DNA of 48,209 bases from positions 1-48,209 of the forward strand of contig JAGXBC010000005.1 of NCBI GenBank assembly GCA_018971305.1, in the 5' to 3' direction. Origin of the DNA: Patescibacteria group bacterium. GTDB lineage: Bacteria > Patescibacteriota > Minisyncoccia > UBA6257 > 2-01-FULL-56-20. This document shows positions 8,307-17,383 of the stretch, one piece after another; positions within the stretch are counted from its first letter, which is position 1, and every line of letters begins with the position of its first letter. The notes below the pieces were generated by a model. The model was not told the origin of the DNA, did not search any database, and was given only the letters and a program-made list of their open reading frames with translations. Position numbers and translations under genes: made by a program.

Positions 8307-10835
8307 CTATCTTTTCCCGGCTTCTATTAAGTAGCCGTATTTTCGGTAGAAATATTTCTTGGCGACCTGCACGGCAAATAGATATAGAGTCACGATAGAC
8401 GCCAGAGAAATCAATACTTTCGGAGCGGCAATTATAAAATCAAACAAATGCCCGATACTCATATACGGCAGGAGCCAGGCAAAAGCCACTACGCCAACTA
8501 CCGCCGCCACAAGTAATTTACTTGGTTTGGTCTTTAACAGACCCTCCCTATTGCGGATAACGCCGACAACCAAAGCCTGAGTTGCTATTGATTCCAAGAA
8601 CCATCCCGTCTGAAACCCGGAACCGATCAAATCAAAACCATATAAAAGGACCATAAAAGTCAGAAGGTCAAAGCAGGAGCTGAGCGGCCCGAAAATAAAC
8701 ATGAACTTTTTCATAAATTCCAGGTTGAATTTTTTCGGACGCTTTAAAAACGATTCCTCCACGTTATCGAACGGAATGGCGAGCTGGGACCCGTCATATA
8801 AAAAATTATTCAAAAGGATCTGCGATGGCGTCATAGGTAAGAAACTAACAAACAAAGAAGCTATGGGCATGCTGAACATATTGCCGAAATTGGAGCTCAG
8901 CGCCATCATCAGGTATTTAAAGGTATTGGCGAACGTCTTCCGACCCTCAACCACCCCCTCAATAATTTCGCTCAATCCCTTATGAAGCAAAATGATGTCA
9001 GCCGTGTCTTTGGCGATATCAACCGCATTATTAACAGACACGCCCACATCTGCTTCTCTTAAAGGCAAAGCGTCGTTCACGCCATCTCCCAAATATCCGA
9101 CGACGTGGCCATTCTCGCGCAAGGCTTTGATAATTATCTGCTTTTGTTCGGGAACAACTCTGCTGAATAAATTCGTGGTCTCAACTTTTTTACGAAGTTC
9201 CGGGTAATCAAGCGCCTGTAATTCCGGACCGTCCAGAACCCCTTTAATCTCAAACCCGATATCTCTGGCAATTTTTTCACTAACGAGCCTGTTGTCTCCG
9301 GTTATAATTTTTATGTCCACATTATGGGCCAACATTTTCTGAATGGTATCTTTTGCCGTTTTTTTAGCTGGATCAAGAAAAGCCAGAAATCCAAGAAAGG
9401 TCATTCCCGTTTCGTCGGCAACAGAATAAACGGGGCCGCGCTTTGTTACTGTTTTTATGGCAACGCCTAGAACACGAAAGCCGTCCGAACTCAGACTCTT
9501 ATATTCGTCATCTATTCTTTCCAGCAAATCGCCGTTCAAGGCGCTATCTTCTTCACCGTAGAATTGGGATATTTTGAATATTTCTTCCGGCGCCCCCTTG
9601 GCGATCAAAGCAATTTTGCTGCCATCTCTCATCACAACAGAATCACGCTTTCTTTCTGAGTCGAAGGGTATTTCGTCTACTTTTTCCCAATTTTTTATAT
9701 CCGGAATATTTTTAACTTCTTCTACCGCCCTTTCTAAAGTTCCGCGCACGCTCGTTGTGTTGATGCTTGCCAAATATCCCCAAAAAAGAACTTCGGAGCT
9801 GTCGCGGCCCAAGCCATCAACATGCTTTATGAGGGAAATTTTATCTTCGGTAAGAGTTCCTGTTTTGTCCGTACAAAAGACATCAATACTGCCGAAATTA
9901 TGTATAGCCGATAACCTTTTTACTATCACGCCGCCTTCCGACATCCTAAGCGCTCCTTTTGCCAGATTGGCCGTGATTATCATCGGTAACAGTTCCGGCG
10001 TAAGCCCGACGGCGATTGCCACGGCGAACAAAAATATTTCCAGTGGCGGCTTTCTTTCGAAAAATATATTGAGAAAAATAATGACCAAAACCAAAAAAAT
10101 GGCCAGCTTAAAAATAAACAAGCTGAAGTCCTTGATATTTTTTTCAAATTCCGTCGGCGGAGGAGATTTAGTGAGCTTACCTGCGATCTCCCCCATCCTG
10201 GCCTTACTGCCAGTTCTTGCAGCTATTACGGACCCTGTTCCGGAAACCACGCTCGTACCCATATAGACAATCCTGTTCTCCTCCGAAACGATGTCTTTCT
10301 CTTTCGGCAAAGATTCTCCGGTTAGAATGCTTTCGTTTACGAATAAGTCTTTGCCATCAAATAAGACACCATCAGCAGGAACAAGATCTCCGGCAACAAG
10401 AGAAAAAATGTCTCCCGGAACAATGTCTTGGATTCTTCTCTCTTTGATTTCTCCGTTGCGCCAGACTGATGCGGTAATATTTACTCTCTCCTTCAAGGCC
10501 TCCGCCGCTCGTCCAGACTTATAGGTATTCAAAAAATCTATGAACGTGCTGCCGAAAACTATTATTAAAATTATTAAAGCGTTAATTTCCGAACCTAAAA
10601 ATCCCGATACTATGGCAGCTACTATCAGGAGTATCAATAAAGGATTTCTAAATTTGGACAAAAATACCAAGAAGGGAGCTAATTTTTTCTCTCCTAAAAG
10701 TCGGTTCGGTCCAAAAAATTTTAATCTCTTGGAGGCCTCCTGAGAAGACAGCCCTTTGGGAGAAGTCCGTAAATATCTGAAAATCTCTTCCGGTGTTTTC
10801 CCGGATAAATTACTGAGGTTTTGCATATCTTCCAT
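8307..10835 (-). CDS. mgtA: Mg2+-importing P-type ATPase
   Basis: The TGES, DKTGTLT and GDGVNDA motifs are present and the overall layout is MgtA-like. I set the start at the ATG (MEDMQNL), because the extension in the track ORF would run through the rnpB terminator and 3' end. Confidence 0.9.
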   Translation of the reverse strand: MEDMQNLSNLSGKTPEEIFRYLRTSPKGLSSQEASKRLKFFGPNRLLGEKKLAPFLVFLSKFRNPLLILLIVAAIVSGFLGSEINALIILIIVFGSTFIDFLNTYKSGRAAEALKERVNITASVWRNGEIKERRIQDIVPGDIFSLVAGDLVPADGVLFDGKDLFVNESILTGESLPKEKDIVSEENRIVYMGTSVVSGTGSVIAARTGSKARMGEIAGKLTKSPPPTEFEKNIKDFSLFIFKLAIFLVLVIIFLNIFFERKPPLEIFLFAVAIAVGLTPELLPMIITANLAKGALRMSEGGVIVKRLSAIHNFGSIDVFCTDKTGTLTEDKISLIKHVDGLGRDSSEVLFWGYLASINTTSVRGTLERAVEEVKNIPDIKNWEKVDEIPFDSERKRDSVVMRDGSKIALIAKGAPEEIFKISQFYGEEDSALNGDLLERIDDEYKSLSSDGFRVLGVAIKTVTKRGPVYSVADETGMTFLGFLAFLDPAKKTAKDTIQKMLAHNVDIKIITGDNRLVSEKIARDIGFEIKGVLDGPELQALDYPELRKKVETTNLFSRVVPEQKQIIIKALRENGHVVGYLGDGVNDALPLREADVGVSVNNAVDIAKDTADIILLHKGLSEIIEGVVEGRKTFANTFKYLMMALSSNFGNMFSMPIASLFVSFLPMTPSQILLNNFLYDGSQLAIPFDNVEESFLKRPKKFNLEFMKKFMFIFGPLSSCFDLLTFMVLLYGFDLIGSGFQTGWFLESIATQALVVGVIRNREGLLKTKPSKLLVAAVVGVVAFAWLLPYMSIGHLFDFIIAAPKVLISLASIVTLYLFAVQVAKKYFYRKYGYLIEAGKR

Positions 10836-10841
10836 AATGTA

Positions 10842-10870
10842 ATTATCGGCTGTAATTATCCTATTGGCAA
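10842..10870 (-). promoter_or_regulatory. Candidate mgtA promoter (TTGCCA-17 nt-GATAAT), leaderless configuration
   Basis: On the minus strand TTGCCA lies at 10870-10865 and GATAAT at 10847-10842. The ATG follows 6 nt later at 10835 and there is no SD. Confidence 0.5.
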
Positions 10871-10896
10871 AATAGAAAATCCCGCTTGTGGCGGGA
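10869..10896 (-). terminator. rho-independent terminator of rnpB
   Basis: The minus strand reads TCCCGC-CACAA-GCGGGA followed by TTTTCTATTTT. It begins 9 nt after the 3' strand of the P1 helix. Confidence 0.65.
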
Positions 10897-10905
10897 CTTC
10901 CTTTT

Positions 10906-11670
10906 GCTGGTAATTCGTAAGCCGGATTCTGTGCCGATTCGGCCCGAGCTCTGCGAGGTTTCCGAATCGAGCACCCCGCCATCGGCGGGGTCCCGCCTCC
11001 GCTTTCGCTTCTGCGGGATACTCGATTTTGTAACCTCACAAAATTCGGACAAAATCGGTAACGATAATTTATCTGGTCCTTCGGTTGCCCTCAGGATAAA
11101 GTCCTTCGCTTGCGCTAGGGGCTATGCGGCACTTCCCGATTTTACATCGGGACACGGCCTTGCACCCAATAAGGATTTAGCCGTTTCATTTCCGCCTTTC
11201 TATCTCTATAGCGGAAGTGGACCTGCGCCCTCTGCGCAAATGCAACGAGCTATTGGAAGCTCAAAATTCTGGTGATCTCGCGACGCGACGACGAAGACGT
11301 GCTTTATGCACCTCGAGGAGGAGCAACAAAGAGATCGCAGAATTTTGAACTTCTCTTTGAGCCAGAATATTTTTTCTTCTGGCGTTGTTGCTTGTCGCTC
11401 GAGTACACGAAGTACACTTCGCTCCGCGCGCCTAGCCATAAGAAAAAATCTTTCTGGCCAATACTCGCTGGATTTGTGCAGAGGGCGCTTCTACGTTGAG
11501 ATTGGGTCCTCCTTCGGCTTTCGCTTCAGGACGTTTCTGCTCGCACCTCTCGCATTACTGCGGCAGGCTGTTAGCCTGTACTATTTTATCCGCCAGCTGG
11601 CGGATGGTGTCCGGACTTTCCTCCGAAGCACATAAGTTTTATGTGCTCGGTAATCGTCTGAATTACCAGC
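10906..11670 (-). ncRNA. rnpB: RNase P RNA (bacterial type A core) with large expansions, ~765 nt
   Basis: The P4 5' strand GAGGAAAGTCCGGAC is the complement of 11609-11623. The P4 3' strand ACAGAATCCGGCTTAC is the complement of 10917-10932. The terminal helix pairs GCTGGTAATTC (11670-11660) with GAATTACCAGC (10916-10906). The gene has its own promoter and terminator. Confidence 0.9.
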
Positions 11671-11676
11671 TCTTAT

Positions 11677-11698
11677 ATTATAGCACAATATCGCAAAA
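11677..11698 (-). promoter_or_regulatory. rnpB promoter (TTGATT-16 nt-TGcTATAAT)
   Basis: The minus strand carries an extended -10, TGCTATAAT, with TATAAT at 11682-11677. This places +1 at the first G of the P1 helix, 7 nt downstream. Confidence 0.55.
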
Positions 11699-11704
11699 AA
11701 TCAA

Positions 11705-12553
11705 TTATCCTTGCGTTGGCGCTGGGGTTATTTTCAGCGACCCATTATCCAAAGCATCTACGGTAAAAAATGTCTGCTGATTGCCATTGGGGTCTCGGAC
11801 AGAAATAATAACCTCCTTTCTGTCTGCCGTAATCGGAAAAGCAACTCTTTGGGACGTAAGCTCAGAATTGGATGGCGTACAATTGTTGTCCAGAAGCGTG
11901 GGCGTTCCCAGATTGCCGCTCTCATCCAAGATTACCCTTAAGCCATAGCTGCTTAACGCCGACGTGCAAAATCCACCGAAACCGCTCTGAATATTCATCG
12001 TAAGGGTAAGGGCATATGTTGTATTGGTTCCAAGAACTGTTTGCCCCAAAGAGGCGCCGGTGAGTGAAATTGTTGCTCCGTTAATCCCCTGCCAGGAAAC
12101 CGAATAAGGATAAGGCAAAGAAATGGTATAAGCCGGAGACGTTGGTTGGGGTTGTATTGGGGTTGTGTCTTTTTGCTGGCCTCCGTTATCGGTTACAATC
12201 GTCTGTTGATTTTGTCCGACGTTAGTATTCTGAGAAATGTCCGGGGCGCCAACTATTTCTATCCCGGAGGCAGCACTCTGATATTGTACTCCCAAATAAA
12301 AAGCAACGAATGGCAGTATCACGAACAAAGCCATAGCCAATATCTTGGAATACCAAGTTACCTCGTTCCATTTTATGCGACTACCCTTTTCTTCGGAGCG
12401 AAATTTATCTTGCAGAGATTCCGGATACCGCTTTTCAAAGATATGGGCTAGGGGCTCGGTTTCCGTAAAATATTTTCCGCTATCCGGGAAACCGGTACCG
12501 GTTTCGTTCCTTGGGATTGATTTGTTGCGCGGATCTTTATTATTTTTTTTCAT
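11705..12553 (-). CDS. Hypothetical membrane-anchored secreted protein
   Basis: The ORF is 282 aa with a single TM helix (ILAMALFVILPFVAFYLGV) after a charged N-terminus, and a Thr/Gln/Asn-rich ectodomain. Confidence 0.7.
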   Translation of the reverse strand: MKKNNKDPRNKSIPRNETGTGFPDSGKYFTETEPLAHIFEKRYPESLQDKFRSEEKGSRIKWNEVTWYSKILAMALFVILPFVAFYLGVQYQSAASGIEIVGAPDISQNTNVGQNQQTIVTDNGGQQKDTTPIQPQPTSPAYTISLPYPYSVSWQGINGATISLTGASLGQTVLGTNTTYALTLTMNIQSGFGGFCTSALSSYGLRVILDESGNLGTPTLLDNNCTPSNSELTSQRVAFPITADRKEVIISVRDPNGNQQTFFTVDALDNGSLKITPAPTQG

Positions 12554-12602
12554 ATAGTCTAAATTATAACAAAAGGGTCTTTAATTATAAAAAGTGGGCG
12601 TT

Positions 12603-13328
12603 TCAGGCGCCCACGCGTTTCCCGCATTCACCGCAGCAAACATTACGATGGCATTTCTTGCACTGCCACGGATAGTATTGCCACATCAAATCATCTATAT
12701 AGATCTGCTGATGTTCAGGGAGTTCCAAATTGATAAGATTACATACTCCAAAAACCCATGACTGGACATCGGCGATTTCGAACCGCAATTCCTCCGTTTG
12801 TCCAATATCGTATGCTTCGGAAACTTCCGCAACCTCTTCAACAAGACGAGTGGAAATATGCAAAAGTGTATATTCCTCGTGACGCCTGCCATACAATTTC
12901 TTGTGCGACAATTGGTGCTCACGGATTGTCTTCGGCAAATTTTTTTTATCTGCGCGCAACGCTGCCAGTCTTTTTTTCCCGGCTGGTGTATAACCATCGC
13001 CAGATGTTTTTCTAAAAGAACAAATACAGCCGTCGTAGCTTAGACAGTACGAACAAACTCCGGGGAATTTGAAATGTTGGTCGGCTTCGGCGTTAAAATT
13101 AAGGCGATTCTGGATGGCGAACGATCGAGACATTACATTCGGCAACTGCTCAATCAAATCGGCTTTTTTATTCTTTCTGGCATTTTTCATAATCCCCAAA
13201 CATACTGTCTGGCAGAGAATAGAAATAAGCTTTTGAATAGTGGCCTTCTCGTTGGCCGGACCATATATAGATCCGAACATTTCCTGAAATTCAAACATCG
13301 AAACAGGTCTGACAAGGGCTCTTTCCAT
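12603..13328 (-). CDS. MazG-like all-alpha NTP pyrophosphohydrolase-type protein with Cys-rich insert and tail
   Basis: EEVAEVSEA...EIADV resembles the MazG EExxE...D metal-binding motifs. There are additional Cys clusters, CSYCLSYDGCIC and CKKCHRNVCCGECG. A GGGAGG SD precedes the ATG. Confidence 0.6.
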   Translation of the reverse strand: MERALVRPVSMFEFQEMFGSIYGPANEKATIQKLISILCQTVCLGIMKNARKNKKADLIEQLPNVMSRSFAIQNRLNFNAEADQHFKFPGVCSYCLSYDGCICSFRKTSGDGYTPAGKKRLAALRADKKNLPKTIREHQLSHKKLYGRRHEEYTLLHISTRLVEEVAEVSEAYDIGQTEELRFEIADVQSWVFGVCNLINLELPEHQQIYIDDLMWQYYPWQCKKCHRNVCCGECGKRVGA

Positions 13329-13399
13329 ATAGCCTCCCGATTTATAGTTCTGTCAGCACTATATCAAACACGGAATACAACAGTCAACACAAACAACTA

Positions 13400-14005
13400 T
13401 TATTTATGGAACCCTAAATCGGCAGGGTTGTCGTTTCCAGATATACGATGCACTTCACCGCCGCCCTCCTCAAATTTCTCGCGAAGCGAGGCTGTTTCCC
13501 GCGCCAATGCAAAAGTTTCCGGAGCTACGTCTTTTTTAATCCGCCATTTTGTCCAGTAATCGATTATCAAGCTGCTATCACCGAAAATTTTTTTTATTTT
13601 ACTCTTTCGAGCTAATTGGAGGGCGTATTTACAGGCCAAAAGTTCTCCATAATTATTAGTAACCTCAGGGCCAACCAAATGCTTGCCAAAACGATTAAGA
13701 TTTTTTTTGGAGATAATTTTATGGAGCAAACTTTTACCGCGTTCGTTCGTAACACTGATTTCCACGCCTTGGCCCCGGCCAGTACCGGCATCAAAATAAA
13801 TTCCTTTCGTTGGTTTTACGACCGCCTTTACTTCATAGCGAGCGCCCAAGTCCAGCCATTTTTCCGCCTCTTCACGAGTAGTAAATCCGCGATACCTAGC
13901 TCCAATTTGTCCCTTAACCAGTTTTTCGCATTCCGTCCAATTACTCGCAATACCTTTTATTTTCCCCCGGGGAACGATGTAGGCGTAGAACTTATTCTTT
14001 GTCAT
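13400..14005 (-). CDS. rnhA: Ribonuclease H1 with N-terminal hybrid-binding (Cauli_VI-type) domain
   Basis: The N-terminus KFYAYIVPRGKIKGIASNWTECEKLV...FTTREEAEKWL is a hybrid-binding domain. The C-terminal acidic residues sit in the contexts YFDAGTG, YGELLA, GDSSLI and NPADL. Confidence 0.8.
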   Translation of the reverse strand: MTKNKFYAYIVPRGKIKGIASNWTECEKLVKGQIGARYRGFTTREEAEKWLDLGARYEVKAVVKPTKGIYFDAGTGRGQGVEISVTNERGKSLLHKIISKKNLNRFGKHLVGPEVTNNYGELLACKYALQLARKSKIKKIFGDSSLIIDYWTKWRIKKDVAPETFALARETASLREKFEEGGGEVHRISGNDNPADLGFHK

Positions 14006-14853
14006 TTACGAATTAATGACCAGGGTAATTTCCTCCCGACCGGGAAAGAAAACCCTGAAGCATTTTTATGGCCTCCACCGCCGAATCTTTTGGCAATCTT
14101 TGAAACATCTGCTTTTCCATTTGCTCGCAAAGACACGCGCATAAGTCCATTCTCTTCCCGCCATACTATGGCAAATGGCGATAGTTTTCTCGAAAGAACT
14201 TGTCCCAAATCATCGGCAAAATATCGCGGGGCATTCAAGGCATACACAATCTTTCCTGAAAATTTTACCTTATCTGCCGAATTGAGCAGTTTTTGCATCA
14301 GCATTGCGTCGTGTTTAAGTAAGAGCTCTCCTTTCCGCGCGAAATCCAGGTTCACATTTCTATTCTCCAAAGTTTTTGCCAATTTATCCCACACAGAAAA
14401 CTTTCTTTCGAAAAGATCTATAATCGCCAGAATTTTTTTGCTGTTCTTTGTTCTCCATTTCCAAATGTCCCTATCCTCAATGCATCGCAACAGCATCGGC
14501 ACTGATTTTTTAGGGTGGAAATACTTCCAGGAAAGAACCGCGCCTGAATTATGAACGGCATATATCCAGTCTTGGGTCATCTTAGTAACTTTCTCCGCGC
14601 TTACGTGGTGGTCTATGGCGGTTACTCTTTTGTTGTTTCTCATCAGCTGAGCCATGACATTAGCGGAATAAACGAAGTCCAAAAAATATATCTCTTTGTT
14701 TTTTAGGCCGGCAGGCGACGAATCATGATGAGCAACGGGGATATACGCGGCCCTTGCTCCAAATTTTTTCCAGGCCGCCCAGGCCGCACCGAAACCATCG
14801 GGGCAGTCGCCGTGGTAAATAATAACGATTTTTTTACTTAAGTGTTCTTTCAT
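14002..14853 (-). CDS. DHH/DHHA1 family phosphoesterase (NrnA-like)
   Basis: The motifs HGDCPDG, AIDHH and GGGGHKNASGF are present. I set the start at the ATG (MKEHLSKK), which lies immediately after the stop of the upstream gene. Confidence 0.85.
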   Translation of the reverse strand: MKEHLSKKIVIIYHGDCPDGFGAAWAAWKKFGARAAYIPVAHHDSSPAGLKNKEIYFLDFVYSANVMAQLMRNNKRVTAIDHHVSAEKVTKMTQDWIYAVHNSGAVLSWKYFHPKKSVPMLLRCIEDRDIWKWRTKNSKKILAIIDLFERKFSVWDKLAKTLENRNVNLDFARKGELLLKHDAMLMQKLLNSADKVKFSGKIVYALNAPRYFADDLGQVLSRKLSPFAIVWREENGLMRVSLRANGKADVSKIAKRFGGGGHKNASGFSFPVGRKLPWSLIRK

Positions 14854-14854
14854 A

Positions 14855-15400
14855 TTAAATGATGGATACCGAACCAATATCTAATTTTCTATCCTTTATA
14901 TAAAAATTTATCGTAAAAATAAATCCGGGAGAAAAATCTAATGGGTTCCTTCTCATTCTATCAATTATTTCCCCTAATGACATCCTTATGACTTTCCCGA
15001 CTTCCCCCTCTTGAATTTTGATATTGTTAAATTCCTCCAGGGAAATATCGCATATGAAAATCCCAAAATAATGCCTCACCTGCGGATGATTCCTGGACGG
15101 TAAACGTTCGTCGGCATACAGTAAACCAAGTTCTTGGATACGCAACGGAACAATGCCCAATTCCTCTTGTAATTCTCTTCCGGCCGCAATTTCATATGAT
15201 TCTCCGGAAGCCACATGGCCGGCCGCAGAATGATCAAGTAATCCGTTATCTTTTCTCTTTTGAATTATAAGTTCTCTGTCTGGAGTAAAAACATAAACGG
15301 CCGCCACGCGATGGATATATGCTTTCTCGTGGGATTCCCTTACGGTCGTTAAGCCGATAACTTTATCGTTAAGGTCTACCCTATCAATGGTTTCTTCCAT
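14855..15400 (-). CDS. NUDIX hydrolase
   Basis: A Nudix box-like sequence, GHVASGESYEIAAGRELQEELGI, is present. Confidence 0.8.
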   Translation of the reverse strand: MEETIDRVDLNDKVIGLTTVRESHEKAYIHRVAAVYVFTPDRELIIQKRKDNGLLDHSAAGHVASGESYEIAAGRELQEELGIVPLRIQELGLLYADERLPSRNHPQVRHYFGIFICDISLEEFNNIKIQEGEVGKVIRMSLGEIIDRMRRNPLDFSPGFIFTINFYIKDRKLDIGSVSII

Positions 15401-16175
15401 TTTTTCTTAGACTCACTCTCATAAGCTGCAGCAATTTTTCATGCACAGCTCCATTTGATGCTATAAATCCATTGATTCCTCTATCCCACCTTTGTTCCTT
15501 CCCGAAGATATCCGTAACCCTGCCACCCGCTTCTTCAACTATCACTTTAACCGCGGCTCCGTCCCAAGGTTTGTCGTAAGTATAAATTTCTGCAACAAAT
15601 TCTCCACAGGCAACGAGTGATGAGGCGTATGTTGAGCTGTAAATCGTCGCGGCAAAAACATCTCTCTTCATCAACGCATCCCTGAAACCCGGGTCAAAGA
15701 TTTTTCCAAAAGATAGGTCGGCATCAAGATTTATCATTTTATTCTTCAATTTTTCGGCCTTTGACACTCGCGTCCGCTTCCCGTTTAAAAATGCGCCCTT
15801 ACCCTTTTCCGCGTAGAACATTCTATCCATCATAGGATCATACAAAACACCCAAAATGCTTTTGCCGTTCCTCGTAAGCGCAAGTGAGAACATAAATGTC
15901 GGGCACCCGTGAGAAAACGGGATAGTGCCGTCAACCGGGTCGCACACCCAGACATACTCGCTGTTATGCATCATGCTCTCTTCCTCTCCCAAAAGTGAGT
16001 GTTCGGGGAAATTTTTTTTAATCTCTTTGATGACCAATTTATTGATGGATGTATCGGTAATAGTAAGTGGCGTATTGTCCGACTTCCAATCCTTTTTCAT
16101 CCCCAAAGAAAAGTTAGCGCGCATTATCTTCCCCGCCTTCCTTGCCAAACCTATCACGAAACTTTTGTAGATCAT
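15384..16175 (-). CDS. Inositol monophosphatase family protein
   Basis: The EE..., WVCDPVDGT and WD motifs of the IMPase/FBPase fold are present. Confidence 0.85.
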   Translation of the reverse strand: MIYKSFVIGLARKAGKIMRANFSLGMKKDWKSDNTPLTITDTSINKLVIKEIKKNFPEHSLLGEEESMMHNSEYVWVCDPVDGTIPFSHGCPTFMFSLALTRNGKSILGVLYDPMMDRMFYAEKGKGAFLNGKRTRVSKAEKLKNKMINLDADLSFGKIFDPGFRDALMKRDVFAATIYSSTYASSLVACGEFVAEIYTYDKPWDGAAVKVIVEEAGGRVTDIFGKEQRWDRGINGFIASNGAVHEKLLQLMRVSLRKNGRNH

Positions 16176-17275
16176 TTTTTAGAATTTTCCAGGGCGACAA
16201 TTCCTGGTAATTTTTCTCCGGCCAAAAAATCTAGCATCGCTCCACCACCCGTGGAAATAAAGCTGATTTTTTTATCCAAGCTGTGTTTCTTAAGGAACAT
16301 CACGGTTTCCCCGCCGCCGACCAAGGAAAATGCCTTCTTGTTATTGGCGATAGCTCTCGCTACCGCAAGCGTTCCCCTTTCATAAGGTTTTTTTTCTATG
16401 AACCCCATCGGTCCGTTCCAAATGATTGTCCTCGCCTTTTTTAATTTATCGGAAAAATCAGTGGCTGCTCTCGTCCCGATATCCAAAATGGCTCCTCCGT
16501 GCACGACAAAATCCGTCGGTAAACATAAATTCTTGTATTTCAAAATATTTTTCAACTTATGCAGATCGTTCTTATCTCTATCAGCCAATGATCTGCCGAT
16601 ATTGAATCCTTGCAAGGAAAGCATGGTGTTCGCCGGAGCTCCGCCCAAAAGAAAGGCTTCCGCCTTATTTTTGAAATATTTAAGAAGACCAAGCTTATCC
16701 CCCGCCTTACCACCGCCAAGAACCACAATAAGATTATCTTGTTTGCTCTTTAAAGCTATGGATAATGATTTTATTTCTTTTTCCATTTCCAACCCGGCAT
16801 AGCTCGGCAAATATTTTGTTATCGCCACGACCGAGGCGTTAGCCCTGTGGGAAACCGCGAAAGCATCGTTAACATAAAAATCTCCGAGTGAGGCAAGTTT
16901 TTTCGCGAACGCCGCATCGTTCTTTTCCTCACCGCTTAAAAAGCGGAGGTTTTCCAAAACAAAAATAGAACCGCGGCGCGCAGCATCTATCTTTCCTTTC
17001 ATTTCGTGAAAGTCAAAATCTGGCAAAAATTCAACTTTCTTTCTCAGCAGTTTGGCGAGTTTAGTGGCATCGCTTCGCAAGCTTAATGTTTTATCATATC
17101 CTTTGGGCCGTCCACGGTGGCTTAAAATAACTATTCTTTCGGAAGTTTTGAGCAGAAATCTTATTGTCGGCAATGCGGCTACCATCCGCCAATCGTCTTC
17201 CGTATTAAAATCAAGGCGCAGAAGGGCTGTTCCGCGCAGAGATTTTTTATTGGTCTGACTGAGGTATTTGAGCAT
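16172..17275 (-). CDS. pgk: Phosphoglycerate kinase
   Basis: RLDFN, NGPMGFIE and STGGGAMLDFLAG are present. I set the start at the ATG (MLKYLSQ), because the first codon in the track is TTG. Confidence 0.92.
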   Translation of the reverse strand: MLKYLSQTNKKSLRGTALLRLDFNTEDDWRMVAALPTIRFLLKTSERIVILSHRGRPKGYDKTLSLRSDATKLAKLLRKKVEFLPDFDFHEMKGKIDAARRGSIFVLENLRFLSGEEKNDAAFAKKLASLGDFYVNDAFAVSHRANASVVAITKYLPSYAGLEMEKEIKSLSIALKSKQDNLIVVLGGGKAGDKLGLLKYFKNKAEAFLLGGAPANTMLSLQGFNIGRSLADRDKNDLHKLKNILKYKNLCLPTDFVVHGGAILDIGTRAATDFSDKLKKARTIIWNGPMGFIEKKPYERGTLAVARAIANNKKAFSLVGGGETVMFLKKHSLDKKISFISTGGGAMLDFLAGEKLPGIVALENSKK

Positions 17276-17383
17276 ATACAAATATTATAACCTACACCTT
17301 GGATAATGAGAATTTTATTTGACAGCCGACCCACCGTCTGTTTATACTGATTGCAGTTGTACAATTTGTTTCGGAGGTGGAGT

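Noticed and set aside
10836-11039. A 68-aa N-terminal extension of the mgtA ORF (track ORF 8307..11039).
   Set aside because: The extension would be translated through the rnpB 3' end and terminator, and its sequence is Arg/Ser/Gly-rich nonsense. A canonical MgtA N-terminus begins at the ATG at 10835.
10836-11704. An ~870-nt GC-rich structured gap upstream of mgtA could have been an M-box/Mg2+ riboswitch or a long mgtA leader.
   Set aside because: The region contains both universal RNase P P4 strands, a terminal helix, its own promoter and its own terminator, so it is rnpB. I saw no M-box-like core. The mgtA promoter sits after the rnpB terminator.
10861-11780. ORFs of 63-129 aa on both strands across 10861-11780.
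   Set aside because: They overlap rnpB, have low-complexity Arg/Ser/Cys-rich translations and in several cases start at non-ATG codons.
13616-14554. A 312-aa plus-strand ORF.
   Set aside because: It is antisense to the well-supported RNase H1 and DHH phosphoesterase genes, and its translation is low-complexity Phe/Ser/Leu-rich. The same reasoning applies to antisense ORFs 9574..10266, 18313..19191 and 36742..37263.
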